DNA of 42,378 nt, taken from sequence record PV660458, one strand, 5' to 3'. A model generated the notes under the pieces. That model saw nothing but the letters and a program-made list of their open reading frames with translations. It searched no databases and was not told the origin of the DNA. The position numbers were made by a program, and so were the translations under genes. Shown in pieces: positions 7,421 to 15,601 of the stretch; within the stretch, counting starts at the first letter, position 1, and each line of letters begins with the position of its first letter. Origin of the DNA: Escherichia phage LF82-23.

Positions 7421-7762
7421 ATGACTATCAAACTGGTTCTGCTGTCCAACATCGCTGCCTCTGCTTTCGGTGAAGGCGTTCCGGCTGACGCTATCACCAG
7501 CGAGTGGGTTGGCTTCACTCAGGACGGTGAGAACTACCTGATTGCAGGCCGCAACCGCGACGGCGACAGCGCTGAGCAAATCGTTGCGCACTTCGACAAC
7601 GACAGCAACTTCGCAGAGTTCCGCGAGTCCGGCTTCCCGCTGGAGCTGTTTGCTCTGATGGGCGGTCACTCCTTCCTCAGCACTGAAACGCTGGGTGAGG
7701 GCGTGGTTATCAACGTGCTCAAAGAGTACGACGCGGAAGACGATATCGACTTCAACGCGTGA
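7421..7762 (+). CDS. small acidic early protein (113 aa)
   Basis: Conserved RBS context GAGGGTTTTACTATG; acidic C-terminus. Confidence 0.6.
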   Translation: MTIKLVLLSNIAASAFGEGVPADAITSEWVGFTQDGENYLIAGRNRDGDSAEQIVAHFDNDSNFAEFRESGFPLELFALMGGHSFLSTETLGEGVVINVLKEYDAEDDIDFNA

Positions 7763-7769
7763 TACCTTA

Positions 7770-7806
7770 CTGCCTCGTTGCGACGGGGCAGTGCGGCAAT
7801 CATGCC
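7770..7806 (+). promoter_or_regulatory. conserved early intergenic unit 3: hairpin (CTGCC/GGCAG) + GGCA-N4-TGCC element
   Basis: Stem 7770-7774/7787-7791; GGCAATCATGCC 7795-7806; 33 nt to ATG. Confidence 0.5.
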
Positions 7807-7827
7807 CTAACCTTTTGAGGATTCAAT

Positions 7828-8103
7828 ATGTCCACTATCAATGTGTTTGCACTGAACAACGGCGGTCTGGCTTTCATCGTAGGCGAGACCAAAGACAATG
7901 CACCGTCGCTGGGCGTGCAGCCGAAGCCGGACGCAAGCCACGATGAAGTAATCGGTGAAGTGCGCGAGGCGCTGGAAGACCTCGGCGGTATGCTGATTGC
8001 CATTCAGGGTGGCAAGCTGTCGGTTGAAAAGCTGAACGAACTGGAGCCGCGCTTCATCACCAGCTTCGAAGCCGACAACGTAGACGCGGCTGACTTCGAG
8101 TAA
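7828..8103 (+). CDS. small acidic early protein (91 aa)
   Basis: Conserved RBS context TGAGGATTCAATATG; acidic C-terminus (EADNVDAADFE). Confidence 0.6.
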   Translation: MSTINVFALNNGGLAFIVGETKDNAPSLGVQPKPDASHDEVIGEVREALEDLGGMLIAIQGGKLSVEKLNELEPRFITSFEADNVDAADFE

Positions 8104-8135
8104 TCAACCAACCATCAAGCAACAGGAGTACGAGC

Positions 8136-8372
8136 ATGGCTAAGTTTGAACTGGTACGCTTCATCGACCCGAACGATGGTGAAGTAACCTTCGCACAATT
8201 CACTGCCGACCGTGCGCTGGTAGCAGTGTACACCAGCGAGCGTTACGGTCGCTTGAAGCTGGGCAAGGAAGAAAACTTTGACAGCGTAGAGTATGTGCTG
8301 GCGCAAGGTGACGAGTACGCCGACGCTGTGCAGGCTGCGCTGGATGAAGGCGAAGTCGTAGAGACTGCGTGA
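8136..8372 (+). CDS. small acidic early protein (78 aa)
   Basis: AGGAG 8 nt upstream of ATG; acidic composition. Confidence 0.6.
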   Translation: MAKFELVRFIDPNDGEVTFAQFTADRALVAVYTSERYGRLKLGKEENFDSVEYVLAQGDEYADAVQAALDEGEVVETA

Positions 8373-8379
8373 TTTCTGT

Positions 8380-8418
8380 CTGCCCTTGCATAGTCGAGGG
8401 CAGTAGGGCAATCATGCC
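8380..8418 (+). promoter_or_regulatory. conserved early intergenic unit 4: hairpin (CTGCCC/GGGCAG) + GGCA-N4-TGCC element
   Basis: Stem 8380-8385/8398-8403; GGCAATCATGCC 8407-8418; 34 nt to ATG. Confidence 0.5.
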
Positions 8419-8440
8419 ACAACTAACTGAGGGTTTTACC

Positions 8441-8725
8441 ATGGCTAAAGTAACTGCATACTACTCCGCTTCCCAAAAAGATATCGTTGCAATCGTGGGC
8501 GATGGCTTCGAAGAAGGCAACATGGCGCTGTGTATCTCTGGCTGCCACGCTGTACCGGAACTGAACACGGTTGAAGATGCGAAGGCGGCGCTGCCGTACC
8601 TCGAATCTGATATCAGCCGCATGGGTGACTTGGCGTTCCTGCTGAACGGCGGCACCTTGAACGAAGGCGCGGCTGAGAACATGCCTGCTCAGGGCTACGA
8701 AGCGATTGGTAGCTTCGAGGTCTAA
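8441..8725 (+). CDS. small acidic early protein (94 aa)
   Basis: Conserved RBS context TGAGGGTTTTACCATG; ORF-track start 8369 rejected as upstream extension. Confidence 0.6.
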   Translation: MAKVTAYYSASQKDIVAIVGDGFEEGNMALCISGCHAVPELNTVEDAKAALPYLESDISRMGDLAFLLNGGTLNEGAAENMPAQGYEAIGSFEV

Positions 8726-8727
8726 GC

Positions 8728-9069
8728 ATGGCGCTGCATCCGGTCAAGGTATTCCGTGGGCCTGACATTACGGATGGGCAAGACGTGGCGGTACTGCTGT
8801 ACCGCCTGCCCGATGGTCAGGAAGGGCTGGTCGTCATCGACCAGATTGAAATCTTAGGCCAGCACATGCTGACCAGTGAGGCGACCGACGAACAAATCAT
8901 CGACCGCTTCAAAGCATACGCCGGGCGCAGGCCATTCATCATTGACCTGCTGAACGAGCAACATCATAGCGCCGCGCCGCTGGCTGTCCAGACGTGGCTC
9001 AAGGTACTGACTCCCATCTATGAAGGGCAGATGTATCTCTTTGGTATTGACAACGAGGAACAATCATGA
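8728..9069 (+). CDS. hypothetical early protein (113 aa)
   Basis: GAGGT 6 nt upstream of ATG. Confidence 0.6.
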   Translation: MALHPVKVFRGPDITDGQDVAVLLYRLPDGQEGLVVIDQIEILGQHMLTSEATDEQIIDRFKAYAGRRPFIIDLLNEQHHSAAPLAVQTWLKVLTPIYEGQMYLFGIDNEEQS

Positions 9070-9308
9070 GCAAGAAAGTTAAGCTGCAAGTAGTAGGCCG
9101 TCGCGCTGGCTTTACCGAGGGTAAAGAGTACGACGCAGTGCTGATTGCGCCGGGCGAGAATCTCGTCAAGGCATTCCCGAAGCTGGCCAGTGTCTACGGC
9201 AAGGGCGCTGAGGATGTGGCAGGCTACGAGACTGTGGCTGTGCTGAACGAACAGGGTCATCCGTGTGACTTCTTCACTGAGTCTCACGACTGGTTCAAGG
9301 TGGTGTAA
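9066..9308 (+). CDS. hypothetical early protein (80 aa), paralog of 9587-9829
   Basis: ATGA overlap with upstream gene; shares GKEYDAVLIAPGE / GKEYAAVLVEAGE segment with the ORF at 9587. Confidence 0.6.
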   Translation: MSKKVKLQVVGRRAGFTEGKEYDAVLIAPGENLVKAFPKLASVYGKGAEDVAGYETVAVLNEQGHPCDFFTESHDWFKVV

Positions 9309-9309
9309 C

Positions 9310-9576
9310 ATGGCGCACTACCTTGCGAGAGTTCGTGTAATGGTCAATGGTCTGGAACACATCGAGCGCGAGGTGGTGCAGGCGATAGACTACGAGGGCG
9401 CAGAGCAGAAGGTTGATGCTCTGCTGCGTGGTGGCTGGTTCACTCACGACGCATTCAGTTGGTTTGATTCCGACACCAACTGGTACAACTTCCAAGGCGA
9501 GAACGAAGCGGCTCGCATTGAAAGCATCGACGGCATCCCGACTTCGGATGCTCTTGTTCTCCAAAAATATATCTGA
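9310..9576 (+). CDS. hypothetical early protein (88 aa)
   Basis: AAGGTGGTG upstream of ATG 9310; ORF-track start 9265 rejected. Confidence 0.55.
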   Translation: MAHYLARVRVMVNGLEHIEREVVQAIDYEGAEQKVDALLRGGWFTHDAFSWFDSDTNWYNFQGENEAARIESIDGIPTSDALVLQKYI

Positions 9577-9586
9577 GGTACACAAC

Positions 9587-9829
9587 ATGGCACGTTCAAT
9601 TCTGATTCGCATCATCGGTCACGAAGCACAACCGCACTGGTTCTCTGGCGCGGTGAAGGATACCACCATCGGCAAGGAGTACGCAGCCGTGTTGGTTGAG
9701 GCAGGTGAAGAAACGCCGGATGGCTATGAGCCTGACGAGCAGGGCATCGCATTCATTGATGATGTTGGTGATGATTGCTTCGCTTACTCCAGCGCACACC
9801 TCGGCCACACCATCGAAATCGTCGAGTGA
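9587..9829 (+). CDS. hypothetical early protein (81 aa), paralog of 9066-9308
   Basis: GAGGT 8 nt upstream of ATG 9587; shared internal motif with 9066-9308. Confidence 0.55.
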   Translation: MARSILIRIIGHEAQPHWFSGAVKDTTIGKEYAAVLVEAGEETPDGYEPDEQGIAFIDDVGDDCFAYSSAHLGHTIEIVE

Positions 9830-9885
9830 TAAGCTACAGCCTCTGCTTGCGGGGGCTGTGTCATTATCAAACGAGCGAGGTCACT

Positions 9886-10038
9886 ATGAGTGGGAGCACA
9901 TACAATGCCCACGCCAACCAGATATCATACGCTGGTTACTGTGCGCTGGGCGGGGCGAGCAACCCCAACCTAATGAGCCGGGCGGTGTATCTCGGCGGTC
10001 ACTATATGCACCATGAATATTATTTAATCCGGGGGTAG
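9886..10038 (+). CDS. hypothetical small early protein (50 aa)
   Basis: GAGGT 6 nt upstream of ATG 9886; preceded by hairpin ACAGCC-N12-GGCTGT (9836-9859). Confidence 0.4.
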   Translation: MSGSTYNAHANQISYAGYCALGGASNPNLMSRAVYLGGHYMHHEYYLIRG

Positions 10039-10040
10039 TT

Positions 10041-10325
10041 ATGGTACTGGCATCTGAATCAATCATCGAACAAGCTGGCGCAATTCGTGAGGCTGAGCAT
10101 CTGCGTGGGGTAGCCGCAACGCTCGGTCACTGTGCTGGTAACGGCGGCCTGCGTGGGCACTCGGTCGGCGGCGTATTTCCCTGCGTGATATTCTCGCGGG
10201 GCAACCCACATGAACACCTCGACTGGTGCTTCCTCGCACCGAACGGCGACGAGTTCGACGGCTTCATCAGTTACGAAGATGCGTATGCAGCCGCGCAACA
10301 ATGGCTGGAACAAAGAGAGGTGTGA
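10041..10325 (+). CDS. hypothetical early protein (94 aa)
   Basis: ORF with G-rich RBS; unknown function. Confidence 0.55.
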   Translation: MVLASESIIEQAGAIREAEHLRGVAATLGHCAGNGGLRGHSVGGVFPCVIFSRGNPHEHLDWCFLAPNGDEFDGFISYEDAYAAAQQWLEQREV

Positions 10326-10327
10326 GT

Positions 10328-10627
10328 ATGAGTAAGTGGAGTGAGGGCGTAGCCCGGTTACAGCGTTGGTTAGTGGATGCGTTCGGCACACCGCCAGCCC
10401 CGTCGCATGATGACTCGCCGTTCCAGTACGTCGAGAAGAAGACGGAGGAACTTAAGCTGGGTGATTACGTGGTAGCATACGGCGGGTACATCCAGCGCAT
10501 CGGTGCCGTTGAATATGATGGCAGCCGACTGGTCGTTACCAAACTGGGGCATGGCCCCGAACGTGAATGGCAGGCGTACGAAGCTGACGAGTTCACTGTG
10601 CGCATTATGAAAGAGGCAAACAAATGA
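10328..10627 (+). CDS. hypothetical early protein (99 aa)
   Basis: GAGAGGTG upstream of ATG 10328; ORF-track start 10226 rejected. Confidence 0.55.
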   Translation: MSKWSEGVARLQRWLVDAFGTPPAPSHDDSPFQYVEKKTEELKLGDYVVAYGGYIQRIGAVEYDGSRLVVTKLGHGPEREWQAYEADEFTVRIMKEANK

Positions 10628-11136
10628 TTGACTTTAAAACTTTTAACCAGAAGCAGTTGGCTGTGATTAAAACTCTGGCCGACCACATCGACAGCGAACC
10701 CATGCTCAGTGAAGTCATTGAGTTTAAGGGTGGGTACTTGCCGAAGCAAAGTTACATCGGCGCGGTGCGTGCTGGTAAGGAAGCGGCGCTGGATATTATC
10801 CCGGCCACTCGTACTGGTGCGCTGCTGGCTCGCAACGTCAGCGTCATCATCGGTATGAATATGCGTGCCGCCGTGGATGCTCGCGATGAAGAAGCTCAGA
10901 TGGAACTGCGTCTCGCTGGTAAGCTGGCGGCGCAGGCCATGTCGAGCAAGGATATTGCTGAGCAGTATCACGACTGGTACATGGCGTGCGCCAACGTGCC
11001 GAGCGATATCAGTGAGACCACGCTGGGTCTGCTGTTCGTGGGTGAGTTCATCGACGCAACGATTCGCAACCTCAAGGGTAATGTGGAGGCTATGATTCGT
11101 GCGATGCTGGAGTCGAAGAATGCAACGCGACACTAA
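10624..11136 (+). CDS. hypothetical early protein (170 aa)
   Basis: ATGA overlap with upstream ORF; last ORF before terminator-like hairpin. Confidence 0.6.
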   Translation: MIDFKTFNQKQLAVIKTLADHIDSEPMLSEVIEFKGGYLPKQSYIGAVRAGKEAALDIIPATRTGALLARNVSVIIGMNMRAAVDARDEEAQMELRLAGKLAAQAMSSKDIAEQYHDWYMACANVPSDISETTLGLLFVGEFIDATIRNLKGNVEAMIRAMLESKNATRH

Positions 11137-11154
11137 GCTCACCGTAATTAAATC

Positions 11155-11185
11155 ACCCACCGGATTATTCTGGTGGGTTGTTAAT
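11155..11185 (+). terminator. candidate early (host RNAP) terminator
   Basis: Stem ACCCACC (11155-11161) / GGTGGGT (11172-11178), 10-nt loop, followed by TTGTTAATAAA; sits at the boundary between early and middle genes. Confidence 0.4.
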
Positions 11186-11326
11186 AAACTCCAGCCGAAT
11201 AAACCTTTGGCTGTGCGTGATACTAAGTGGGAGGCCGAGAGTAAACTCGAAGACCTGCAACGCATAGTGCGTAATGTTATTCCGGCGTAGTCATCTACTC
11301 ATGCCTGTTATTATTTAGCAGGCATT

Positions 11327-11342
11327 ATGAAGGTGTCTATAT
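11327..11342 (+). promoter_or_regulatory. conserved motif ATGAAGGTGTCTATAT (candidate phage RNAP promoter), preceded by hairpin 11301-11325
   Basis: 15/16 identity with the 16-mer at 25618; 21 nt upstream of the first middle gene start. Confidence 0.35.
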
Positions 11343-11363
11343 TGGCCAACGTGAGGATGAAAT

Positions 11364-11567
11364 ATGTTCAGAGTTATATTGTTGTTCCTGTTCCTCGTAT
11401 TAATATGGGGTGCTATCTGGTGCGTGCTGGCAATGACTGTGCTGGTGCCTGCCATCGGTGAATCAGCAACGGGTGGGCTGGGTACAATACTCGGTATGCT
11501 GGTGGGCTGGGGCTTAATGTCGTTCAGCCTTGACGTAGGCCAGAGCCGGAGGTGGATTAAATGGTAA
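11364..11567 (+). CDS. small membrane protein (67 aa, two hydrophobic helices)
   Basis: GAGGATGA upstream of ATG; sequence dominated by two hydrophobic stretches. Confidence 0.55.
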   Translation: MFRVILLFLFLVLIWGAIWCVLAMTVLVPAIGESATGGLGTILGMLVGWGLMSFSLDVGQSRRWIKW

Positions 11568-12001
11568 AGCCAAAGTATAAAGTCGGGGATGAAATCGTAG
11601 GCGACGATGGCACTGGCACCCGGTCGGGTAAGCTGGGCATCATTGCGTGGGTTAACCCTGACCGCCGAGCGTGGGAGCGTAGCGGGGAGACTCGTTACAT
11701 CGTGAGCTGGATTGGTGAGCGCCTGAATGCGCAGCCGGATATCAGCCACTACAAATCTGATTGGCTGGAGGACAACACCAGTCTGGTCAGTACCCCGGCG
11801 CAGCAGCGCGGTCGGTTCATGTGCGTGGTCGAAGGTGGCAGCACGCCGCCGAAGGTTGAGCACATCACTGAACGTGAAGCGCGTGAAGAAGCTGAGCGAC
11901 TGGCCGAGCGCCACGGCGGTACTGTCCGTGTGCTGCAAGTTATTGCCAGCGTGAAGATGAAGAAGAAGATTCAGTACATACCGGACTGGGATAACGAATG
12001 A
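11561..12001 (+). CDS. hypothetical protein (146 aa), N-terminal KOW/SH3-like motif
   Basis: N-terminus YKVGDEIVGDDGTG resembles that of the ORF at 14362 (LKVGDRVINIDTRS). Confidence 0.5.
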   Translation: MVKPKYKVGDEIVGDDGTGTRSGKLGIIAWVNPDRRAWERSGETRYIVSWIGERLNAQPDISHYKSDWLEDNTSLVSTPAQQRGRFMCVVEGGSTPPKVEHITEREAREEAERLAERHGGTVRVLQVIASVKMKKKIQYIPDWDNE

Positions 12002-12708
12002 TGAAATCAGTGAGCAACGACGAGTGGCCGGAGCTGGCGAAGCGTCTGCCAGTAGGACAAAAGCGAAGGACGTTTCACAGTTGCTCCCGGTCATTCAGCA
12101 AGACCAACTTCGAGTACGGTCGTGCGCCGGATTACATCTGGTGCAAGTGCCACCGCTGTGGGTATAGCCGCAAGCATGACTTAACTCATGCAGTGTACGT
12201 GCCGCCAGCGGAGGTGCAAGTGAAGGTGCCAACTGATGTGGTGCCTATCACTGAGGTGATTGCCAAGCAGCCACGCTTGCTGCTGCCAGTGCTGGAGCGG
12301 GAGAACCTGATGCCGCACCTGTCTATCCTGACTGCAAGCCCAACGTATGGCAGGCTGTATCTGCCGGACGACACGGGCAGCTACTGCGGTCTGGATTATA
12401 CCGGGCGACAGTTCATCCCGTGGCGCTCGCCGCACAAGCATAGCTTGGCAATGAAGGTCAGCCCTCGTGGTAATGCTGAGACCAACTGCCTCTGGATTTA
12501 TGGTGAGGTGGGCGAGTATCTCCAGCAGGTACGCGACGGCGGCAACTGCGCGTTCGTTCCAAACGTGGACGACTCAACGTTGCAGGCGCTGGTCAGTGTG
12601 ACGCTGGCGTATGGATACAACCTCGTGGTTATCTGTCACCACCCAAGTGCTCAACGTATCCGCAGGGAACTGCGCGTGGTAGGGCGAGTGCAGATAGTAG
12701 GAGAATGA
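11998..12708 (+). CDS. zinc-ribbon protein, possible DNA primase domain
   Basis: Cys/His cluster HSCSRS...CKCHRCGY near N-terminus; position immediately upstream of helicase (primase position in T7-group genomes); TOPRIM motifs not confidently seen. Confidence 0.35.
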   Translation: MMKSVSNDEWPELAKRLPVGQKRRTFHSCSRSFSKTNFEYGRAPDYIWCKCHRCGYSRKHDLTHAVYVPPAEVQVKVPTDVVPITEVIAKQPRLLLPVLERENLMPHLSILTASPTYGRLYLPDDTGSYCGLDYTGRQFIPWRSPHKHSLAMKVSPRGNAETNCLWIYGEVGEYLQQVRDGGNCAFVPNVDDSTLQALVSVTLAYGYNLVVICHHPSAQRIRRELRVVGRVQIVGE

Positions 12709-13107
12709 ATGACACCTTGCATTGAGCACGGGCAGAAGGGTGATAAGTCTGGCTACGGTATGGCTAAGTATCGCGGCCAGTTCATGCGACTGCACCGCGC
12801 AGTATACTGCGAGCACAACGACACTGACCCGGCCAGCATCAAGGGCAAGGTGGTCATGCACCGTTGTGATAATCCACGCTGCATTAATCCAGAGCACCTG
12901 CTGCTGGGTACACATGCCGACAACATGCTGGACATGAGCCTCAAAGGTAGGCAGCCAAAGCCCAAGCTCACACCTGAGCTGGTGGCGCAGGCCGCTGAGC
13001 TGGAGTCGGCTGGCGTATCACAGCGTGAGATTAGCGAACGCCTCGGCGTGGCGCAGTCCACAATCAGTAGGGCATTGAGAAAGAGGACGTGGAAGCATGT
13101 TGGATAA
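12709..13107 (+). CDS. HNH endonuclease with C-terminal helix-turn-helix
   Basis: Motif HRCDNPRCINPEHLLLGTHADN (HNH) and C-terminal SQREISERLGVAQSTISRALRKR (HTH). Confidence 0.7.
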   Translation: MTPCIEHGQKGDKSGYGMAKYRGQFMRLHRAVYCEHNDTDPASIKGKVVMHRCDNPRCINPEHLLLGTHADNMLDMSLKGRQPKPKLTPELVAQAAELESAGVSQREISERLGVAQSTISRALRKRTWKHVG

Positions 13108-14362
13108 GTTGTTACTGTCTGTCATGAGGGAGCGGGGTAAGTATAACTCCTTACGCCACGCCATTCCTGATGACACCATGAGCCAGACGACCGGGTACAT
13201 GCTGCGTGCGTATGGTTCTTACTTCGATGCGTTCCCGGATTCAGACTACGTGGATTTGGAAACGCTTGGCACTCACGTAAGGTTAAAGACTGGCAGTACG
13301 CCGGAGCAGATGGGTGCGTTCGACTCACTGTGCTCACAGCTAAAGGAGTACAAGCCGACCAAGCAACAGATGGAAGGTATCATCGACCAACTGGTGGAGC
13401 TTGACACGGCAGGCCGAGTGAACCTGTTAGCACAGAGGTATGATAACGGTGAGGAAATTGATTTTATCTATGAGCTTGGCCGTCTGGCTGAGGGCGCACG
13501 CCGCAGTCGGGGTCAATCATCCGTTACCGATTACGTCGATGACGATGTTGTTGACATTATTAACCGCACTGATGATGACCAAGGTTTTAAGTTCGGTCTC
13601 ATGTGTCTGCAAGATAGCGTACGCGTACTGCTTCCCGGCGACTCCGTTGCAATCGCTGCCCGACCTGACAGTGGGAAGACCAGCTTCATCGCGTTTAACC
13701 TTACGCGAATGGCGGCGACAGCAGCGAAGCTCTATCCGGGCAGACCAATCCTGTGGTTCAACAACGAAGGGCAGGGCATCAACATCATCCCGCGCATCTA
13801 TCAGGCGGCGCTCAACTGTACGCTCCCGGAACTGAAAGAGCTGGGTGAGGACAGGGGCAAGCTGCACGCTGCGTATGCCAAAGCACTGGGTGCGCCAGCC
13901 AATGTGATTCGTGTTAAGGATATGCACGGCGCGACGCTGGCGAAAGCTGAGCAGGTTATCGAAGCGATGAACCCGTGCATCGTGGTGTGGGATATGCTTG
14001 CCAACTTCAAGCTGTCTGTGTCTGACCCGTCGAGCAACAAGGCGAGTCAGGTCGAGCAGCTATGGCAGGAGGTACGTGAGCTGGCAGTGCGTCACAACTT
14101 TGTGTCGCTGGCTACGGTTCAGGTATCGGCTGACGGTGCCGACGATATGTTCCCGGCGCTCGACGCATTGAAGGATTCCAAGACTGGTATCCAAGGGGCG
14201 ACTGATGTTATCGTGATGCTCGGCAGCGTGGATGACCCATCGCTGGCGGCGCGGCGCGGTGTCAGTACGCCGAAGAACAAACGCCAGATTGCTGGGCGTC
14301 CAAGCAACGTGCGGTCACAGGTACACTTCTTTGCTGACCGCTGCCAATACGAGGATATGTAA
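13097..14362 (+). CDS. replicative DNA helicase (T7 gp4 helicase-domain / DnaB-like)
   Basis: Walker A AARPDSGKTSF; size and position before DNA polymerase. Confidence 0.65.
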   Translation: MLDKLLLSVMRERGKYNSLRHAIPDDTMSQTTGYMLRAYGSYFDAFPDSDYVDLETLGTHVRLKTGSTPEQMGAFDSLCSQLKEYKPTKQQMEGIIDQLVELDTAGRVNLLAQRYDNGEEIDFIYELGRLAEGARRSRGQSSVTDYVDDDVVDIINRTDDDQGFKFGLMCLQDSVRVLLPGDSVAIAARPDSGKTSFIAFNLTRMAATAAKLYPGRPILWFNNEGQGINIIPRIYQAALNCTLPELKELGEDRGKLHAAYAKALGAPANVIRVKDMHGATLAKAEQVIEAMNPCIVVWDMLANFKLSVSDPSSNKASQVEQLWQEVRELAVRHNFVSLATVQVSADGADDMFPALDALKDSKTGIQGATDVIVMLGSVDDPSLAARRGVSTPKNKRQIAGRPSNVRSQVHFFADRCQYEDM

Positions 14363-14715
14363 TGAGCAGATTGAAAGTAGGTGACAGGGTAATCAACATC
14401 GACACACGTAGTGTACATCACGGTGCCAAGGGTACTGTCGTGGATGTGAGCGACCGCTACATCAGCATCGACCGCGATGATGGTGCTCGTGGTTCTGGCA
14501 TCGGTGGCTCGTGGACTGCGCGGCACAAGTCGTGGGAGTTACTGAAAGAGGTAGCCGAGGCACCGGAGCCGACAACTGCTGGTGAGGACTGGAGCTACGC
14601 TGAGGCTGAGCGTCTGTATCAGGCAGCATGTGATGCCATGTCTGTTTACAATCAGTACGTTGAGCGTAAGCCTACGACCAACTACCTGACTGGCGCGGCA
14701 CCGACTAAGTGGTAA
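14362..14715 (+). CDS. hypothetical protein (117 aa), N-terminal KOW/SH3-like motif
   Basis: ATGA-type overlap with helicase; N-terminus paralogous to 11561-12001. Confidence 0.5.
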   Translation: MSRLKVGDRVINIDTRSVHHGAKGTVVDVSDRYISIDRDDGARGSGIGGSWTARHKSWELLKEVAEAPEPTTAGEDWSYAEAERLYQAACDAMSVYNQYVERKPTTNYLTGAAPTKW

Positions 14716-14726
14716 AGGAGAACACG

Positions 14727-14918
14727 ATGGAAGAACGCACGTATCGAGCAGCACCTCTGAACCAACGAGAGCAGACCATCATCCGGGCGCAGTACCGGAA
14801 GGGTGATTCGTTCCGTGGTGCTGAGGCATTGGCTGAGCGATTCAATGTGCCGCCTGCTGATGTGGTGGCAGTGGTGAACTTCACTTACCGTAAGGGGAAA
14901 CAGAAGCATGACAAGTAA
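14727..14918 (+). CDS. hypothetical protein (63 aa)
   Basis: AAAGGAG 6 nt upstream of ATG 14727. Confidence 0.5.
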   Translation: MEERTYRAAPLNQREQTIIRAQYRKGDSFRGAEALAERFNVPPADVVAVVNFTYRKGKQKHDK

Positions 14919-15591
14919 TGCCGAAGTCAAGCGCGTGTGGGCAGAGGATATCTGCCGTCTGCTGCAATCCGAAGAACTGAACTTCGTGGTTGCCGGGGGA
15001 GGGGCAAGGGATACCGCGCTGGGTGTTGAGCCGAAGGACTACGACATTGTGGTCTTCGGTTGGGGCGGCGACCTGAGCCGTGTGGCTGGCCGACTGGACT
15101 GGCTGGACTCCAGACTGGAGGACTATGCCGAGCAGCACGGGCTGGCGTATGAGTACATGCCGAGCTATCACGATGCGGCAGAGGGTGGCGACTTTGGTTC
15201 CCGACTGTACGGGGTGTTCAAGATTGGCCCGGTCGATATCATCATCAGTAAGTGTGGCTGCTGGTCACAGGTGCTGAATGAGTTTGACTTCAACCTGAAC
15301 CAGTTCTACTTCCCGTCCAGCATCCCTCGCTACTCCGGCCAGTACAGCCGTGACCCCGGTGAGTTCATGGCTTATCCGTACGAGCCGAACCTGACCGCCG
15401 CCGATGTGCAGTGGTATCCGGCGCTGGCCAGTCTGGTTGAAAGCTACGACGACCTGCTGACTCTCCGTGTCTGCCGACCGGATGCAAGCCTGAGTCGTTA
15501 TGCCTACATGCTGGAGAAGCACGAGCGGCTGCTGCCGTCCATTCAGGAGTACGTGAACAATAAGCCTGACCACTTAGGTGGCCAAGCATAG
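14908..15591 (+). CDS. Pol-beta superfamily nucleotidyltransferase, CCA-adding/poly(A) polymerase head-domain-like (minimal, 227 aa)
   Basis: Motif NFVVAGGGARDTALGVEPKDYDIVVFG matches the class-II tRNA nucleotidyltransferase signature GGxVRDxxLGxxxKDxD (compare E. coli CCA enzyme [25 protein letters not shown], from memory). Confidence 0.6.
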   Translation: MTSNAEVKRVWAEDICRLLQSEELNFVVAGGGARDTALGVEPKDYDIVVFGWGGDLSRVAGRLDWLDSRLEDYAEQHGLAYEYMPSYHDAAEGGDFGSRLYGVFKIGPVDIIISKCGCWSQVLNEFDFNLNQFYFPSSIPRYSGQYSRDPGEFMAYPYEPNLTAADVQWYPALASLVESYDDLLTLRVCRPDASLSRYAYMLEKHERLLPSIQEYVNNKPDHLGGQA

Positions 15592-15601
15592 CGGAGGACT
15601 G

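Noticed and set aside
11327-11461. Short ORFs starting at the ATG of the conserved 16-mer (e.g. 44 codons from 11327; 32 codons from 25618).
   Set aside because: The inverted copy at 4919-4934 encodes only 7 codons, so the motif is more likely regulatory than a conserved coding start; no RBS precedes these ATGs.
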